Positions 37,696 to 46,649 of a DNA stretch of 64,000 nt are shown here, in pieces. This stretch comes from Opitutia bacterium (GTDB lineage: Bacteria; Verrucomicrobiota; Verrucomicrobiia; Opitutales; Opitutaceae). The position numbers were made by a program, and so were the translations under genes. Below the pieces are notes generated by a model. That model saw only the letters and a list, made by a program, of their open reading frames with translations, was not told the origin of the DNA and searched no databases. The stretch spans positions 260,864-324,863 of the forward strand of contig CANJVR010000004.1 in NCBI GenBank assembly GCA_947478395.1, given 5' to 3'. Every line of letters starts with the position of its first letter. Position 1 is the first letter of the stretch.

Positions 37696-39351
37696 ATGCT
37701 CAGAAAAATTCTCGCGAAGCTCCGCGACACGATCTCGCGGAAGCGCGAATCGAAACCAGCCGCCTCTTCCTCCTCCGTCAAACCTGCTCACCGGCCCCAC
37801 GCGAAAAGCGCGGCGGCGTCCGCTGCGTCGCGCCCGGAGCGCGGTCAAGGTGGCGGTGGTTCCCGCGGCCACGGCCCGCGTTCGCAGGGCGAGTCTCGCT
37901 CCGGCCAAGGCCAGGAATCGCGCGGCGGGCAGGGTTTTGAGTCGCGTTCGCGGCGGGACGATGGCGGCCAGCGGGGCGGGCGAGGACGCTACGAAGACGG
38001 CCAGGGTGGCGGCGGACGCCGGGGCGAAACTTTCGGCGCCGGCCCGGTGAAACGGGAACGCCCGGCCACCGACAAAACGTACGATCATCCGCGCAAGGCT
38101 CCGGTGAAGCCTTTGGTCCCGATCGAGGTGCCAAAGATGGATACGGCGTTTTCCAAACTCGGGCTTTCAGACGCGCTGGCGTTCGGCGTGCAGGAAATGG
38201 GATACGTTGAGCCCACGCCGATTCAGGCTCAGGGCATTCCGGTTGTGCTGGCCGGCCGCGACTTGATCGGGTCAGCCCAGACGGGCACCGGGAAAACAGC
38301 GGCGTTTGCGCTGCCGATTATTCAAAAACTCGGCACGCACGGAAAGCTGCGCTGCCTCATTCTCGAGCCGACGCGCGAGCTGGCGTTGCAAGTCGAGGAG
38401 GCATTTCAGAAATTTTCGAAATTCACCGATTTACGCGTGACGATTGTGTATGGCGGCGTTGGTTACGGCAAGCAGCTGGAAGATTTGAAGGCGGGGATGG
38501 ACATTCTCGCCGCGACGCCCGGGCGGTTGCTGGATCACATGGAGCAGGGGAATATTTCGTTGAAGGACATCGACATCCTCGTCCTCGATGAAGTCGACCG
38601 CATGCTCGACATGGGCTTCCTGCCCGACGTGAAGCGTATCGTGCAACAGACGCCCAAGGCGCGGCAGACGTTATTTTTCACGGCAACGGTGCCCCCGGAA
38701 ATCGCCTCGCTTGCCAGCTGGGCGCTGCGGGATCCGGCGCGCGTTGAGATCGGCCGCCAACGTTCTGTCGCGGAAACGATCGCGCACGCGTTCTATCCGG
38801 TGGTGGCGTCGCAAAAATTTGAGCTCCTGCAGTTGCTGCTCGAGCAGACTGATTTCAAGAGCGTGATTATTTTCTCCCGCACGCGCATGGGCGCGGACCG
38901 GATCGCTGATCGGCTGCAACGCAAAGGGCATACCGTCGGCGTGCTGCACTCCGATCGCAGCCAGCGCGAGCGCATCGAGGCGCTGGATGGTTTCAAGTCC
39001 GGCAGGTTCGAGGTGCTCGTGGCGACCGACATCGCGGCGCGTGGACTCGACATCGCGGGGGTCTCGCACGTGATCAATTACGACGTGCCGGAAAACGCCG
39101 AGGACTACGTGCACCGGATCGGCCGCACCGGCCGCGCCCAGAATACGGGTGATGCATTCACGCTCGTGACCGAAGACGATGTGCGCGACGCGCGCAGTAT
39201 TGAGCGCTTTACGGGCATGGCGATCGAGCGGAAGAAGATCGAAGGCTTTCCTTATATTTATTCCGCGCTCTTTGATGAAAAGGCGCAGGCGGAAGTCGCG
39301 GCCGCGGCCGTAAAACCGACAAGCCGCCTCCATCGCGGGATGCGCCGGTAA
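37696..39351 (+). CDS. DEAD-box RNA helicase (RhlE-like) with a G/R-rich N-terminal extension
   Basis: Q motif (GYVEPTPIQ), AQTGTGKT, PTRELA, TPGRLLD, DEVD, ARGLD, HRIGRTGR. Confidence 0.95.
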   Translation: MLRKILAKLRDTISRKRESKPAASSSSVKPAHRPHAKSAAASAASRPERGQGGGGSRGHGPRSQGESRSGQGQESRGGQGFESRSRRDDGGQRGGRGRYEDGQGGGGRRGETFGAGPVKRERPATDKTYDHPRKAPVKPLVPIEVPKMDTAFSKLGLSDALAFGVQEMGYVEPTPIQAQGIPVVLAGRDLIGSAQTGTGKTAAFALPIIQKLGTHGKLRCLILEPTRELALQVEEAFQKFSKFTDLRVTIVYGGVGYGKQLEDLKAGMDILAATPGRLLDHMEQGNISLKDIDILVLDEVDRMLDMGFLPDVKRIVQQTPKARQTLFFTATVPPEIASLASWALRDPARVEIGRQRSVAETIAHAFYPVVASQKFELLQLLLEQTDFKSVIIFSRTRMGADRIADRLQRKGHTVGVLHSDRSQRERIEALDGFKSGRFEVLVATDIAARGLDIAGVSHVINYDVPENAEDYVHRIGRTGRAQNTGDAFTLVTEDDVRDARSIERFTGMAIERKKIEGFPYIYSALFDEKAQAEVAAAAVKPTSRLHRGMRR

Positions 39352-39774
39352 AGATTTGGACCAGAATGTAGGCGAGGAGCCCGCACCCCGCGGCAACATG
39401 GGAGGTTTTTCCCGCGCGATGGGGCCTCGCCTCGGCCTGGTCCGGCCCGTGCCGCGCACGCCCCTGGAGCGCGTTACGCTGGGGTTGAATTGGCTGCCAG
39501 AAACATGACCACCGGCGAAGATCAGGACGGTGCGCGCGGCGCCGCCGGCGATGGCCGCGAACGCACGTGTGCCTACCTAGAGCCATGACCGCGCGGCCGA
39601 TGGTGCCGACGATGAAAAAATGGGTGGATGAACTCGACGCGGTATTTTTTATGTCAGAAGGGTTGAACGGATAGGACCGGATCAATCTGGGGGCTGGGCG
39701 TTCAACGCCGGCGGGAACGTGACAAAAATGAAACCGCGCGAAACGGCTCTTGATTTATATTCTCAATAAGGAAT

Positions 39775-40185
39775 ATGAAAACCACGGTGAAACTGACCGA
39801 CATCTATGAATGCTTTTGCGATGCGACACGGTTGCGCATCCTGCGCGTGCTGGCGCAGGGTCCGTTGTGCGTCTGCCATTTTCAGGCGGTGTTGCGGGAG
39901 CCGCAGGTGAAAATATCGAAGCACCTCGCTTATCTCCGGGCGCGCGGCCTGGTCGAGGTGGAGCGGTCGGGCAAATGGATGATCTACGAATTGCCGACGA
40001 GACCAGCGGCAGAACTCCGCGCTAATCTGGCGTGCTTGCATGACTGCGTGGCGGAGCAGCCGGTATTTCAACGTGATTTGGAGCGGCTGACAAAACTTGC
40101 TCCGGCGCTCGCCGAGAGTGGCGCGGGGTGCTGCGGCCCGGTGCGGCGGAGGGTCGGAAGGGCCACCGTTCGAGCGGTCCCGTGA
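39775..40185 (+). CDS. arsR: ArsR family metalloregulator
   Basis: DATRLRIL, LCVCH, SKHLAYLR..GLV, GKWMIY; C-terminal CC pair. Confidence 0.88.
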   Translation: MKTTVKLTDIYECFCDATRLRILRVLAQGPLCVCHFQAVLREPQVKISKHLAYLRARGLVEVERSGKWMIYELPTRPAAELRANLACLHDCVAEQPVFQRDLERLTKLAPALAESGAGCCGPVRRRVGRATVRAVP

Positions 40186-40203
40186 AAGGCGTAAAATTTT
40201 ACC

Positions 40204-40716
40204 ATGAACCAGAAAACTCCGTATAAAGTTTTGATTCTCTGCACCGGCAACTCGGCGCGTTCGATCATCGGCGAGTATCTGCTCCGCGCCAAAGGCAAAG
40301 GGCGCTTCGAGGTACACAGTGCCGGCTCCAAGCCGACCGGTCGGGTGAACCCGCTGGCAATCCGCGTGCTGGCGGAGAAGTACGGGCTCGACGCGAGCGC
40401 CGGCCGCTCGAAATCGTGGGACGAGTTCAAAGACGTGAAGTTCGATTTCGTGATCACGGTGTGTGACAACGCAAAAGAGGCGTGTCCGGTGTGGCCGGGG
40501 CAGCCGATGATTGCGCATTGGGGTTCGCCGGACCCGGCGGGAGCCGAAGGCACCGAGCAGGAAAAATATGCGGAGTTCGTGCGCGTGGCCTCGCAGGTCG
40601 CGCGGCGGGTGGAACTATTCTGTGCGTTTCCCGACGAGAAATTAGTCGACGTTGCGGCCGTACGTGCGGTGGGCGACCAATTTAAACTGGCAGGTGAGGA
40701 GGCGATGAAACGATGA
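40204..40716 (+). CDS. arsC: Arsenate reductase (LMW-PTP fold, thioredoxin-type)
   Basis: CTGNSARS P-loop, SAGSKP, ITVCDNAKEACP, HWG.PDP. Confidence 0.9.
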   Translation: MNQKTPYKVLILCTGNSARSIIGEYLLRAKGKGRFEVHSAGSKPTGRVNPLAIRVLAEKYGLDASAGRSKSWDEFKDVKFDFVITVCDNAKEACPVWPGQPMIAHWGSPDPAGAEGTEQEKYAEFVRVASQVARRVELFCAFPDEKLVDVAAVRAVGDQFKLAGEEAMKR

Positions 40717-41240
40717 GCGCGGCCGAAAACGATCCCGCGTCTTGGGCTGCAACCAGCGCCGCCGAGCCGGCCCCTGCGATGACGGTTTCAGCCCTGAAAC
40801 GCGCTCTCGCGGAGGCGCCGGAGCTTTCGTTGTCGGTGCTTTGGCCAGACGGCGATCCGATCGAGGCGCATTTTCATGTGACCGAGGTCGGGCGCGTGCA
40901 GAAAGATTTCGTCGACTGCGGTGGCACGGTGCGGCGAAGCGTGACGTGTCTTTTGCAGACGTGGGTCGGCCAGGATGTGGCCCACCGCATCACCGCGGGA
41001 AAGTTGTTGAAAGCACTCGAGCATGCGGCGCTGGTGCTGGGCAGCGAAGATCTCCCCGTCGAACTCGAATACGAGGCCTGTAACGTGATTCAATTCAGGG
41101 TGGTCGCGATCGAGCGCGACGCGCAGCGGTGGTCGGTGCGGCTCGGTGGCAAGCACACGGATTGTCTCGCGAAGGAATTGTGCGGCGTCGCCGTCACGGC
41201 TGAGGCCGGGGGCTGCTGCGGTAGCGGCGGATGTGGCTAA
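40713..41240 (+). CDS. DUF6428 family Cys-rich protein
   Basis: HFHVTEVG...FVDCGG, LQTWV, EYE, KHTDCLAKELCG, C-terminal GGCCGSGGCG; ATGA coupling to arsC. Confidence 0.8.
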   Translation: MSAAENDPASWAATSAAEPAPAMTVSALKRALAEAPELSLSVLWPDGDPIEAHFHVTEVGRVQKDFVDCGGTVRRSVTCLLQTWVGQDVAHRITAGKLLKALEHAALVLGSEDLPVELEYEACNVIQFRVVAIERDAQRWSVRLGGKHTDCLAKELCGVAVTAEAGGCCGSGGCG

Positions 41241-41252
41241 GCAATTCGCGCG

Positions 41253-42080
41253 ATGAGAATCCCGGCATGGGTGGTGGGAGAATTTTTTGGCACGTTTCTA
41301 CTCGTATTTTTCGGGTGTGGATCGGTTGCGGCAGCAATTTTGACGGGGGCGCAGGTGGGAATTTTCCAAGTGGCCACCGTTTGGGGGTTAGGAATCGCGA
41401 CGGCAATTTTCCTGACGGCCTCGCTCAGCGGGGCGCACTTGAATCCCGCGGTGACGTGTGCGCTCGCGACGTGCGGGAATTTTCCGGCGCGACGCGTGGT
41501 GCCTTACATCACAGTGCAGTTGGCCGGGGCTTTTGTGGCGGCGGCGGTGTTGCACGGGGTTTTTGCCGGCTCGTTGGCCGCTTACGAGACGACCCACGCG
41601 CTCGTCCGGGGCGCGCCGGGGAGCGAGGCGACGGCGATGATCTTTGGCGAATTCTTCCCGAATCCCGGTGGCAAACCGCTGACGGACGCAGGACGCGCGC
41701 TGGTCTCAATGGGCGCGGCGTTTGGCATCGAGTTGCTCGGCACGGCGGTGCTGGCGTTCATAATTTTTGGGCTCACGGATGAGCGCAACTCCGCGCGGCC
41801 CCGCGAGCTGACGGCGATTACGATCGGGCTGACGGTGACCATGTTGATCTCGCTGCTGGCGCCGCTGACGCAGGCTGGGTTCAATCCGGCGCGGGATCTC
41901 GGACCGCGGCTGTGGAGTGCGATTTTTGGCGGTTGGGGCACCGTGCCATTTTCCGCGAATGGATCAGGTTGGTTTTGGGTGTACGTCGTCGCTCCGCTAG
42001 TGGGTGGGCAAATCGGCGGAATTCTGTACCGGGTGCTTTTGCGCCCGGGGTACAGAGCGGAACAATCGAACGGCGTTTGA
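41253..42080 (+). CDS. MIP family aquaglyceroporin (GlpF/AqpS-like)
   Basis: EFFGT, SGAHLNPAVT and FNPARDLGPR motifs. Confidence 0.92.
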   Translation: MRIPAWVVGEFFGTFLLVFFGCGSVAAAILTGAQVGIFQVATVWGLGIATAIFLTASLSGAHLNPAVTCALATCGNFPARRVVPYITVQLAGAFVAAAVLHGVFAGSLAAYETTHALVRGAPGSEATAMIFGEFFPNPGGKPLTDAGRALVSMGAAFGIELLGTAVLAFIIFGLTDERNSARPRELTAITIGLTVTMLISLLAPLTQAGFNPARDLGPRLWSAIFGGWGTVPFSANGSGWFWVYVVAPLVGGQIGGILYRVLLRPGYRAEQSNGV

Positions 42081-42107
42081 GCGTTGGACGCGTGAAACCG
42101 ATTTGGG

Positions 42108-43001
42108 TTAAACGTGAACTGTTTCGCTCGCTTGGGCTCGGAGCAGCGCGAGGAATTGTTCGGCGCCGCGGCTTTGGTAGCGCTGCAGGTGACGCGCGAT
42201 GACCAGATCGCGTTGGGGTGAGCCGTCTTCGATTTCTAAGTAGACGATCGTTTTCTTATCCTCTGCGAGTCGCACCGCGCGCGGTAAAATGGTGACGCCT
42301 AGGTTAAGGGCCACGAGCGCTTTCACGGTGGCGATTTGGGCGCAGCGAAAACCGATGCGCGGATCCACGCGCATATCCCCGAAGTACGCGTGGACCTTTT
42401 CGGTGAGCGAACTGGCGTTCCCGAGCATCACAAAAGTCTGATGGGCGATTTCGGCAATTTTCACGCTCTTACGTCCGGCCAACGGATGGTCTTTCCCCAC
42501 CGCCAAGAGCAACGGCTCGGTCAGTAACGGTTCGACGGAGAGCCGGGCGTCTTTGACCGGCGAGGATACGATCGCGAGATCCAGTTCACCCTCGAGCACA
42601 CCACGCAGGAGCTGGCTGCGAAAATCCTCCCGGACAAAGATTTCGAGATTCGGGTGACGCTCGCGACACGTGGCAATCAGGGTCGGAAGCGCGTAGGGGG
42701 CGAAGGTTTGGATCGCACCGACGGTGATCCTTCGGCCGAGAGCGGGATGGTCGCTCAGTTCCTTGGTGGCGTTTTCAACCTCGAAGAGAATGCGTTTGGC
42801 CCGCTCGAGGAAGACGGTGCCAGCTTCCGTGACGACGGCCTTGCGTCCCAAACGATGGAATAGTTTGTGGCCGACCTCCTTCTCCAAATTAAGGATCTGC
42901 TGACTCAAAGAAGGCTGTGTCACATGATTGCGTTCGGCGGCACGCGTAAAGTTTCCGGTCTCGGCCACGGCGACGGCGTAGCGTAGTTGGTTCAATTCCA
43001 T
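42108..43001 (-). CDS. LysR family transcriptional regulator
   Basis: QLRY..AVAETGNFTRAAER.HVTQPSLSQQI..LE.EVG..LF.R; GELDLAI. Confidence 0.93.
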   Translation of the reverse strand: MELNQLRYAVAVAETGNFTRAAERNHVTQPSLSQQILNLEKEVGHKLFHRLGRKAVVTEAGTVFLERAKRILFEVENATKELSDHPALGRRITVGAIQTFAPYALPTLIATCRERHPNLEIFVREDFRSQLLRGVLEGELDLAIVSSPVKDARLSVEPLLTEPLLLAVGKDHPLAGRKSVKIAEIAHQTFVMLGNASSLTEKVHAYFGDMRVDPRIGFRCAQIATVKALVALNLGVTILPRAVRLAEDKKTIVYLEIEDGSPQRDLVIARHLQRYQSRGAEQFLALLRAQASETVHV

Positions 43002-43036
43002 AGGATTTTACTATGCATACGATAGGAAACATCAAT
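43000..43036. promoter_or_regulatory. LysR operator with OxyR-like ATAG-N7-CTAT-N7-ATAG-N7-CAAT spacing
   Basis: ATAG 43000, CTAT 43011, ATAG 43022, CAAT 43033 (another CTAT at 43042); overlaps the LysR start codon in the divergent intergenic region. Confidence 0.7.
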
Positions 43037-43116
43037 TTCAACTATTGATAAATATGCAGTATTATCTCCGCGTCGGCTTCAACCGGGGCCGCACAAATCT
43101 GAAAGAACCAAATACC

Positions 43117-43299
43117 ATGAAATCCAACCAACTCGTTATTGCGGTCATCCCTGGCGTTATCGTCGCGGCCGCCCTTGTGCTTTCCTTTCGTTCCCCGGTT
43201 TCAGCGGAATCGCTGGTAGGCTTCGGCGCTGTTTTTGCGCTGATCGCCCTCCTCGCGCTCGAATACCGCTTTAACTGGAAAAACCTGCTCGGCCGCTAA
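43117..43299 (+). CDS. 60-aa membrane protein with two TM helices, divergent from LysR
   Basis: MKSNQLVIAVIPGVIVAAALVLSF...LVGFGAVFALIALLALEYR; A-rich leader and a terminator downstream. Confidence 0.75.
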   Translation: MKSNQLVIAVIPGVIVAAALVLSFRSPVSAESLVGFGAVFALIALLALEYRFNWKNLLGR

Positions 43300-43330
43300 C
43301 CGGCCAACAGCGTAAAATCCAACCCTCCAA

Positions 43331-43361
43331 CGGGGCCGGAGCAATCCGGCCCCGTTTTTTT
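43331..43361 (+). terminator. Rho-independent terminator
   Basis: CGGGGCCGGA-GCAA-TCCGGCCCCG followed by TTTTTTT. Confidence 0.9.
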
Positions 43362-43470
43362 GCGCCAGCAAGATTGGCGGTAAATCCCGCTGAGGGCGGA
43401 TCCTAATACCCGCCACCCCGAGGCTAGCGCGTGAGGGCGCTGGCCCTTCGGTGGAGAGTCGGATCGGCTC

Positions 43471-44724
43471 TTAACGCAGCGCAGTGCGTACCAGGCGATC
43501 GTCGCCGTCGTTCGGCGCGGGTCGCAATTGCAGCGCTGCGCAAAGCAAATTGTAGATGTGAATATTCTCGAACTCGTCGAGTACCACGCCACCGGTTTTG
43601 AACGAAGGGCCGTTCGCGATGAAGATACCGTGCATTTCGGGCATCGCGGGATCGTAGCCGTGATCGCCTTTGAGCTCATCGTCCTTCCCCGCTAGAAAGG
43701 TGCTGCGGCGTTGAATGCGCCAGCTCGCCTCCGGCACGATCCACACGGGAGGAATGCGCGGATTGTCCCTGAGATGCCAGCGAGCAGGCAGGTCCTCGGC
43801 CCGGTAAACCTGGTAGTGCGCTGCGGGGAGACGGGCGCGGAGCGATTGCACGAGCGCGTCGACCTGGCCGTTGTTGGGCCGCAAGCCCGCCACCGCCCCG
43901 TCGAAGTCCACCTGCACCGCGTCGAAATCGATGGAGTCGTCGAGCATCGCTGTTTTCAACTGACCCTGGGTCGCGATGAAGCCGTGGTCGGAAACGATCA
44001 CGAGATTAAGCGGGAGATTCTCCGCCTTGGCTCGCTCCACGATTTGGCCGATCTGGTTATCGAGGAGTTTGATGGCGGCCAGGACCTCCGGCGAATCAGG
44101 TCCGAACCGGTGACCGGCGAAATTCGTTTCTTCAAAATAGAACGTCGTGATCGACGGCCGTTGGCCCGCCGGTAGATGGAGCCAGCCGAAAAGTTCATCG
44201 ATCCGTTGCGCGAAGGGCACGCTGTAATCGTAGGGTTTTGAAATCGTGGCCCGCAGCGGCCCGAAGTTCACCTCGGAACCTGGCCAGAAGTAGCAGGCGG
44301 CCGTGCGGCCCTGTTTAACGGCTGTGATCCAGATCGGCTCGCCGCCCCACCAGCGTGAGTCGCGGTTGGCAGCGGGCAATTTGTAGCGGAAATATTCGCC
44401 GAATTGCGGATCGAAAAAGACGTTGCTGATGATCCCGTGATGCGCCGGGTACAGCCCCGTCGCGATCGAGTAGTGATTCGCGAATGTCTGCGACGGAAAC
44501 ATCGGGATCAGTCCGCGCGCCGTCACCCCGTCGCGGATCAGCGCCCTCAGGTGGGGTGTTTCGGCCGGATGCAAAGCGCAGTAATCCCAGCGAAATCCAT
44601 CCATCGAAATCAGCACCAGCGGCGGCGGCGCGGCTTTTGATTTGGGCGAGACGACACAACCGGCGAAAAAAAGCGCGAGCAGACCCAGCGCCGCAGCGAA
44701 GAAACGGGGCAACGGTTTGTTCAT
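43471..44724 (-). CDS. Nucleotide pyrophosphatase/phosphodiesterase (alkaline phosphatase superfamily) lipoprotein
   Basis: LISMDGFRWDY, FPSQTFANHYSIATG, WWGGEPIW, SDHG, GDHGYDP; lipobox FAGC. Confidence 0.92.
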   Translation of the reverse strand: MNKPLPRFFAAALGLLALFFAGCVVSPKSKAAPPPLVLISMDGFRWDYCALHPAETPHLRALIRDGVTARGLIPMFPSQTFANHYSIATGLYPAHHGIISNVFFDPQFGEYFRYKLPAANRDSRWWGGEPIWITAVKQGRTAACYFWPGSEVNFGPLRATISKPYDYSVPFAQRIDELFGWLHLPAGQRPSITTFYFEETNFAGHRFGPDSPEVLAAIKLLDNQIGQIVERAKAENLPLNLVIVSDHGFIATQGQLKTAMLDDSIDFDAVQVDFDGAVAGLRPNNGQVDALVQSLRARLPAAHYQVYRAEDLPARWHLRDNPRIPPVWIVPEASWRIQRRSTFLAGKDDELKGDHGYDPAMPEMHGIFIANGPSFKTGGVVLDEFENIHIYNLLCAALQLRPAPNDGDDRLVRTALR

Positions 44725-45008
44725 GGATGGAGCGTTACAATGGTGGCGCCCCATGAGCCGGAGCGTTCATCACCTAGGCGAAAATCAGCGACGTGCGGCG
44801 ACCGGCGCAGCCATGCATGCACCGTGGTGCGCAGCGTGCCAGTGCCCTTGCCGTGAACAACTCGGACATCGCGCAATCCCTGGCAGACGCAGGCCTCCAG
44901 GTACGCGGGGATAAGGTCCCGCAAATCCTTTGGATGAAACATGTGCAAATCCAATTCGGCGGTGATCGGCAGCGGCAAGGGAGCGACGTTGGGCGGGGTC
45001 GACTCCAT
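44721..45008 (-). CDS. Smr domain protein
   Basis: ELDLH, VVHGKGTGTLR, GSWGATIV. Confidence 0.9.
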   Translation of the reverse strand: MESTPPNVAPLPLPITAELDLHMFHPKDLRDLIPAYLEACVCQGLRDVRVVHGKGTGTLRTTVHAWLRRSPHVADFRLGDERSGSWGATIVTLHP

Positions 45009-45028
45009 GCTCGTTCTGCCTGGCGGAT

Positions 45029-45499
45029 TTATACGTCAGCCCGGCCGCGCTGCCGCGTGACGCTCATGGGAACTGAAGGCGGGGTCGACGGCAGGGGCGG
45101 CGCGACGCCCAGGTCGGCCTCAGCGGGCGGGGCCGGAACGGCGGCAGAAGATTCGATCGCGGCCACAGGATCTGCGGAGATCGCAGGGGTGGCGGTGATA
45201 TCAGTTATTCCGGCGTTTTCCGGCGTTGCGGCGGGGGGCAAAGCTGCGTCCGGGGTTGAAGGCTCCAACGAAATCTTGGGGATGATTTTCTTGATCTCGT
45301 CCTCCTCGATGGCGCGTTTGAATTCTTCCTCGACGCCGGCCGCGGCTTTTTTGAACTCGCGGATCGATTTACCGAGCCCCCGGGCAAATCCCGGGAGTTT
45401 GTCTCCGCCAAAAAGCACGAGCACGATCATGCCAATTACCACCATTTCCGGCATGCCGAGGCCGTCGATGAATGAGAACGCGTGAAACGGGAAAAGCAT
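45029..45499 (-). CDS. tatA: Twin-arginine translocase TatA/E family subunit with a Pro/Ala-rich tail
   Basis: GMPE...LVLFGGDKLP..ARGLGKSIREFKKA. Confidence 0.8.
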   Translation of the reverse strand: MLFPFHAFSFIDGLGMPEMVVIGMIVLVLFGGDKLPGFARGLGKSIREFKKAAAGVEEEFKRAIEEDEIKKIIPKISLEPSTPDAALPPAATPENAGITDITATPAISADPVAAIESSAAVPAPPAEADLGVAPPLPSTPPSVPMSVTRQRGRADV

Positions 45500-45575
45500 G
45501 GAGGTAATAGATTCGTACTCGGGAAAAATGTAACGGCAAAATTCGCCCCGCCGCACTCGCGCCCGGATCGCGCGG

Positions 45576-46499
45576 CTATTGCACGCCCACGCTCACGGTA
45601 AAGCGTTCTGTGCTGCCAGGCTTCACCCAGTGGAGTCCCACCTTGTGTTCGGCGGCGTTGGGCGGGCCCATCCACGGCTCGACGCAATAGAATGGCGCGG
45701 CTTCGTCCAGGGTCCACGTGACAAACGTGGCCTGCGGCGGCGGGACTTTTTCCGCGCTGACCCGCACCGTAACATCGCCCGAGCGGTCGCGTTCGCCGAA
45801 CACGATTTCGCTGCTGGCGAGGTTGGTGTGCAGCGTGTCGATCAGATTGGGATTCGAGAGCGGCTCGGTGGTTTGCAGCACCGGACCGGGCATGAGCTGC
45901 CCGTTGGTCATGTCCTGCTTCAGCCGTTTCCCGGCCGGCAGCCGGATGACGTAATCCGACCGCTTGGCGCCGTCGCTCCACGGCACGGTGAAATAAAAAT
46001 GATGGCCCGAGCTCCAAGGGATGGGTTCTTGGCCATGATTCGTCAGCGCAAACTCGCAACTGAGGCCGAGCGGCAGAAAACGGTAGGTCACGGTAAACTC
46101 GAATTCATACGGGTAACATGCGCGGATTTCGTCGTTCGGAATCATCGCTGCGGCGAAGCCATTGGCGTCGAGTCGGGTCACTTTGAAGTCCGCCTGCCGC
46201 GCCAGCCCGTGCATCGGCATTGGTCGGCGCACCCCATCGGCCGCGCGCCAGAAATGGATGTCGCCGCGATCGAACGTGCGGGCGTTGAAGGGAAAGAGAA
46301 TGGGGTTCCCGCCCCGCACCTTGAAAAAACCGTCGAAGGTTGTGAGTTCGGGCCAGTAAACGACATCGCGCACGCTCCCATCGCCAAGCGTGAGATTCCA
46401 GTTCATGAGCCGCGCGCCCTTTTCCGGCAGGGCGAGGAAAGTCGAACGGCCGACGCGCCACCGGGTGAGCGTCTCGCCGAGATGTGAGATCTTTTCCAT
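45576..46499 (-). CDS. Aldose 1-epimerase family protein
   Basis: RGGNPILFP, MHGLAR, YPYEF, GHHFYF, FYCVEPW; start at MEKIS. Confidence 0.87.
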   Translation of the reverse strand: MEKISHLGETLTRWRVGRSTFLALPEKGARLMNWNLTLGDGSVRDVVYWPELTTFDGFFKVRGGNPILFPFNARTFDRGDIHFWRAADGVRRPMPMHGLARQADFKVTRLDANGFAAAMIPNDEIRACYPYEFEFTVTYRFLPLGLSCEFALTNHGQEPIPWSSGHHFYFTVPWSDGAKRSDYVIRLPAGKRLKQDMTNGQLMPGPVLQTTEPLSNPNLIDTLHTNLASSEIVFGERDRSGDVTVRVSAEKVPPPQATFVTWTLDEAAPFYCVEPWMGPPNAAEHKVGLHWVKPGSTERFTVSVGVQ

Positions 46500-46649
46500 G
46501 ACGGTGAAGCAAGCACGCGGCTCGTGGCGGGGAAAAGGATTTTCGGAGCAAGATGGACGCGTTCGTTCGAAATAGGGAATTGACGGTTTGGGGCACGCTG
46601 CGGGTACGGCGCTTGCATGACGCCGCGGTCGCCCTATCACTGACCGACG

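Noticed and set aside
39360..39740. Possible small gene or remnant between the helicase and arsR
   Set aside because: Only short frames with no recognisable motif; cannot be supported.
42108..43001. Calling the LysR regulator OxyR
   Set aside because: The peroxidatic Cys motif is absent despite the OxyR-like operator.
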